A stretch of 64,000 nt of DNA from Blasia pusilla (Eukaryota), in contig CM114271.1 of assembly GCA_050084515.1 (NCBI GenBank), positions 32,426,001 to 32,490,000 of the forward strand, read 5' to 3'. Numbering within the stretch: the stretch's first letter is position 1; each line of letters begins with the position of its first letter. Shown one piece after another: positions 61,268 to 64,000 of this stretch. The position numbers and the translations under genes were made by a program. The notes below the pieces were generated by a model. That model saw nothing but the letters and a program-made list of their open reading frames with translations. It was not told the origin of the DNA and did not search any database.

Positions 61268-64000
61268 ATGGCATCATCCTCTCCCTCTAGTGTGCCAGTG
61301 GAGGAGACTTGGGAGCCATTACTTGGGCCCAAGCTTACAGGAGGTGAGAAACGACGCTTGACACAGTTCCTACGTGCTCATAGGAGTTGTTTTGCCTTTA
61401 GCATGAAGGAGTTGGGTTCTCTGGTTGGACCCGGTATACGGATTGATTTGGCTAGTGATACGCCAATCTTCCGTCATCCCTACCGATATAGTGATATGGA
61501 GAGGGACTTGATTCAGAGTAGGACGTTGGACCTTTTGGAGGCTGGATGAGTGGAGTTGTCGCATGGAGAGTATGCATCAGCCACTGTCATGCCTGCTAAA
61601 AAAGATATGCATGGCGACTACACGGATAGGCGGATGTGTGGAGATTACCGTCCTCTCAATCGGCAAACCAAGGCCGATAGGTATGCCATGCCTACGCCTG
61701 AGGAGATCTTTGATGTGGTGGGACAGGCAAAGATTTTCAGTACTTTGGATCTTCGGGCAGGATACCATCAATTTCCGATTCAGGAGAGTGACAGGCCAAG
61801 ACAACATTTTGGGGTGTCAACTCTCATGGCAAGGATTGTTTGTACCAGTGGAAATTCTTACCCTTTGGGTTGAAGAATGCACCTGCCGAGTTTCAGAGAG
61901 TTATGGATAGGATCCTAGCAGGGTTGGATTTTGTTCCGTGTTACATTGATGATATCTTGGTGTTCAGTAACACGGTGGAGGAGCATCAGATACATTTGCA
62001 GATGGTGTTTGAGCGGTTGAAAGCTCATGGTCTACGTTTCCATCCCGGAAAGTGTAAGTTCTTCCATGAGGATGTTGAGTACTTGGGTCATGTGATCTAT
62101 CCAGGTGGTTTGGGAGTTCAGCAAGCAAAGGTGGAGGCTATTGCACTTATTCCGCGTCCGATAGATGTGAGTAGAGTTCGAGCATTCATGGGATTGGCGA
62201 ACTACTATTGGAGGTATGTGAAGGGATTTAGTGCTATGGCAAAGTCTTTGAACCAATTGCTGAAATCAGATCAAGAGTGGCACTGGGGAGATGATCAGGA
62301 GAGAGCTTTTGTGGAGCTTAAGGCCTAGTTGGTGGCGGCGCCTATCTTGAGGAGACCTATCGAGGGCGCCTATTTGAGTTACGATGATTGGAGTAGGTTG
62401 GGACTTGGAGCGGTGTTGACACAACATGATGATGAGCACATGGAGTTTGTGGTGGCCTATGCAAGTCGTTCGAATAATACAGCGGAGTCGCGCTATAGTT
62501 CATATGAGGGAGAGTGCTTGGCAGTAGTGTGGGTTGTGGCACACTTTAGGTGTTACTTGTTTGGCACACTGATTTACCCTTACCCTTGTTTGATCACCGG
62601 CCGCTCAAGTGGTTGATGGAGTCGGACAAGCTTACAGGGAAGCTTGCACGGTGGGCTCTTATCTTACAGGAGTATGACTTCCAAGTGGTACATAGACCTG
62701 GAGTTGCCAACCTTGATGGTGATGGCTTGAGTAGGAACCCATGTACTAGCCAAGAGGATACAACTGGGGCTAGATGGCATGGCGAGGTTGATGAGGAGAT
62801 GGTGCCAGGTTAGCATGCATCCGCCTTTTTATGTTGGTTAGGGGTGGACTCTAGTATGGAGGATCACATGATATCTTACTCTAGTCAGAGGGTAGATGGC
62901 CAGCCTTCAGATCCTAAGGTTGGAGATGGTGGTACGGATCAGCGTGATATTCATGATGATGCGTTGGTGTTGGAGTTCCTACGGACCAAAGAGGGTGCCA
63001 GGCATAGTGAGTGCCAAGGAGCGAGACCGTGTTCTTCAACGTGCTAAGAGGTATCGATTGGAGGGAACACATATTTCTCGCGTGTGGGAGGATGGTAGAG
63101 TACGAGTAGTGCCACATTTGGCTCAGAGAGAGCGCATTGTGCGACATGCCCATGAGGAGTTGGGACATTTTGGGGTAAAGCGTACGTATAGCTTACTCCT
63201 TGGCCAATATTGGTGGCGTGGCATGCATACTCAGGTGCAGCAGTTGGTGTCACGTTGTATGGTTTGTGACCGGGTGAGGGCATCATTCAATGCCCCTACA
63301 CCACAATTACACCCCTTGCCTATTATGGGGTTGGTTTACCATTGGAGTGTGGACTTTTGCGGGACCGTTACCGTTGGTCGCATGCGACATCATCGATATG
63401 TGTTGGTGATGGTGGAGCACTTCTCCAAGTGGATTGAGTTGGTGGCATTACCGGACAAGGCAAGTGAGGGAACGGCATATGCGTTTCTGGATAGAGTGCT
63501 TAGTCATTTTGGTGCACCAGCTGAAGTGCTGACCGACCCGGGGTATAGAGTTTGTGGTGAGTTTGGTCTTGTGTGACAAGGCGTTGATTGATCATCGGAC
63601 CACGTCTCGAGAGCATCCGAGGCGGATGGTTTGGCTGAGCGTGTGGTTCAGACGGTGAAGAGGGCATTGCACAAGTATGGCCTACAGAAGGGGCATCTTG
63701 GAGACTGGGATATTCAGTTGCCATGGTTAGCCATGGGGTATAGGTTCAGTCGCCAAGCATCCTTGGCTTCCTTCTCACCTTATTTTCTGTTATACGGCCG
63801 AGATCCAGACTTGCCAAAGAAAGCAATTGTCGGGAGTCTAGTGAGGTGGTGAACCTTAATGACCCAAAGATGTGGATGAGGGTGTGTTCTCAGCGGGCGG
63901 AGCTCTTTCGGAGAGTTATGCCAACAACCTTTGAGAATCTTGCCATTGCTCAACACAGGGATACGTTGCGGTATGCAACCATTCGGGGTGGAGGTTATCG
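61268..64000 (+). pseudogene. pol: RT, RNase H and DDE integrase of copy 2 (frameshifted, cut by the window end)
   Basis: RT YIDD. RNase H DWSRLGLGAVL...ECLAVVW...DHRPL...DGLSR. Integrase HHCC (HEELGH...CMVC), WSVDF, VLTD, AERVVQTVK, SPYFLLYGRDP. The order RT-RH-INT is that of Ty3/gypsy. Confidence 0.95.

Larger units (their letters stand above)
55436..64000 (+). mobile_element. Ty3/gypsy-type DNMT-carrying retrotransposon copy 2, running off the window end
   Basis: Begins TGTCATGACCATACGG exactly like copy 1 and is colinear with it. It retains RNase H and the integrase core but has many small indels. Confidence 0.95.

Noticed and set aside
57189-64000. Reading the many frameshifts in copy 2 as programmed frameshifting
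   Set aside because: Most are scattered 1-2 bp indels not shared with copy 1, consistent with decay or unpolished long-read errors.

Overview
Eukaryotic, repeat-rich plant nuclear DNA; a non-seed land plant such as a bryophyte is plausible but cannot be proven from the sequence. There is one intact host gene: a 7-coding-exon RING-CH (RINGv/MARCH-type) membrane E3 ligase on the minus strand (19407-21616, 316 aa). The main interest is two decayed copies of an unusual Ty3/gypsy-type retrotransposon: 7210-15356 (minus, both ends present) and 55436 to beyond 64000 (plus). The family combines four features. (1) A DNMT3-like cytosine-5 methyltransferase lies between protease and RT. (2) The integrase ends in a PHD finger. 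(3) Instead of a tRNA site, the primer-binding site is complementary to the predicted 5' end of the element's own RNA (Tf1-style self-priming). (4) The LTRs are split/permuted as X-internal-PPT-Y-GC-X-Y, which suggests integration from a 2-LTR circle cut at an internal CA-GC-TG site even though the integrase is DDE-type. The window also holds a near-full-length CRE-like (RLE-type) non-LTR retrotransposon (about 50850-55130) and a 5'-truncated relative, Helitron-like and hAT-like non-autonomous elements, a SET-domain gene fragment and small tandem repeats. All TE reading frames are broken by stops or frameshifts, and some indels in copy 2 may be assembly errors.
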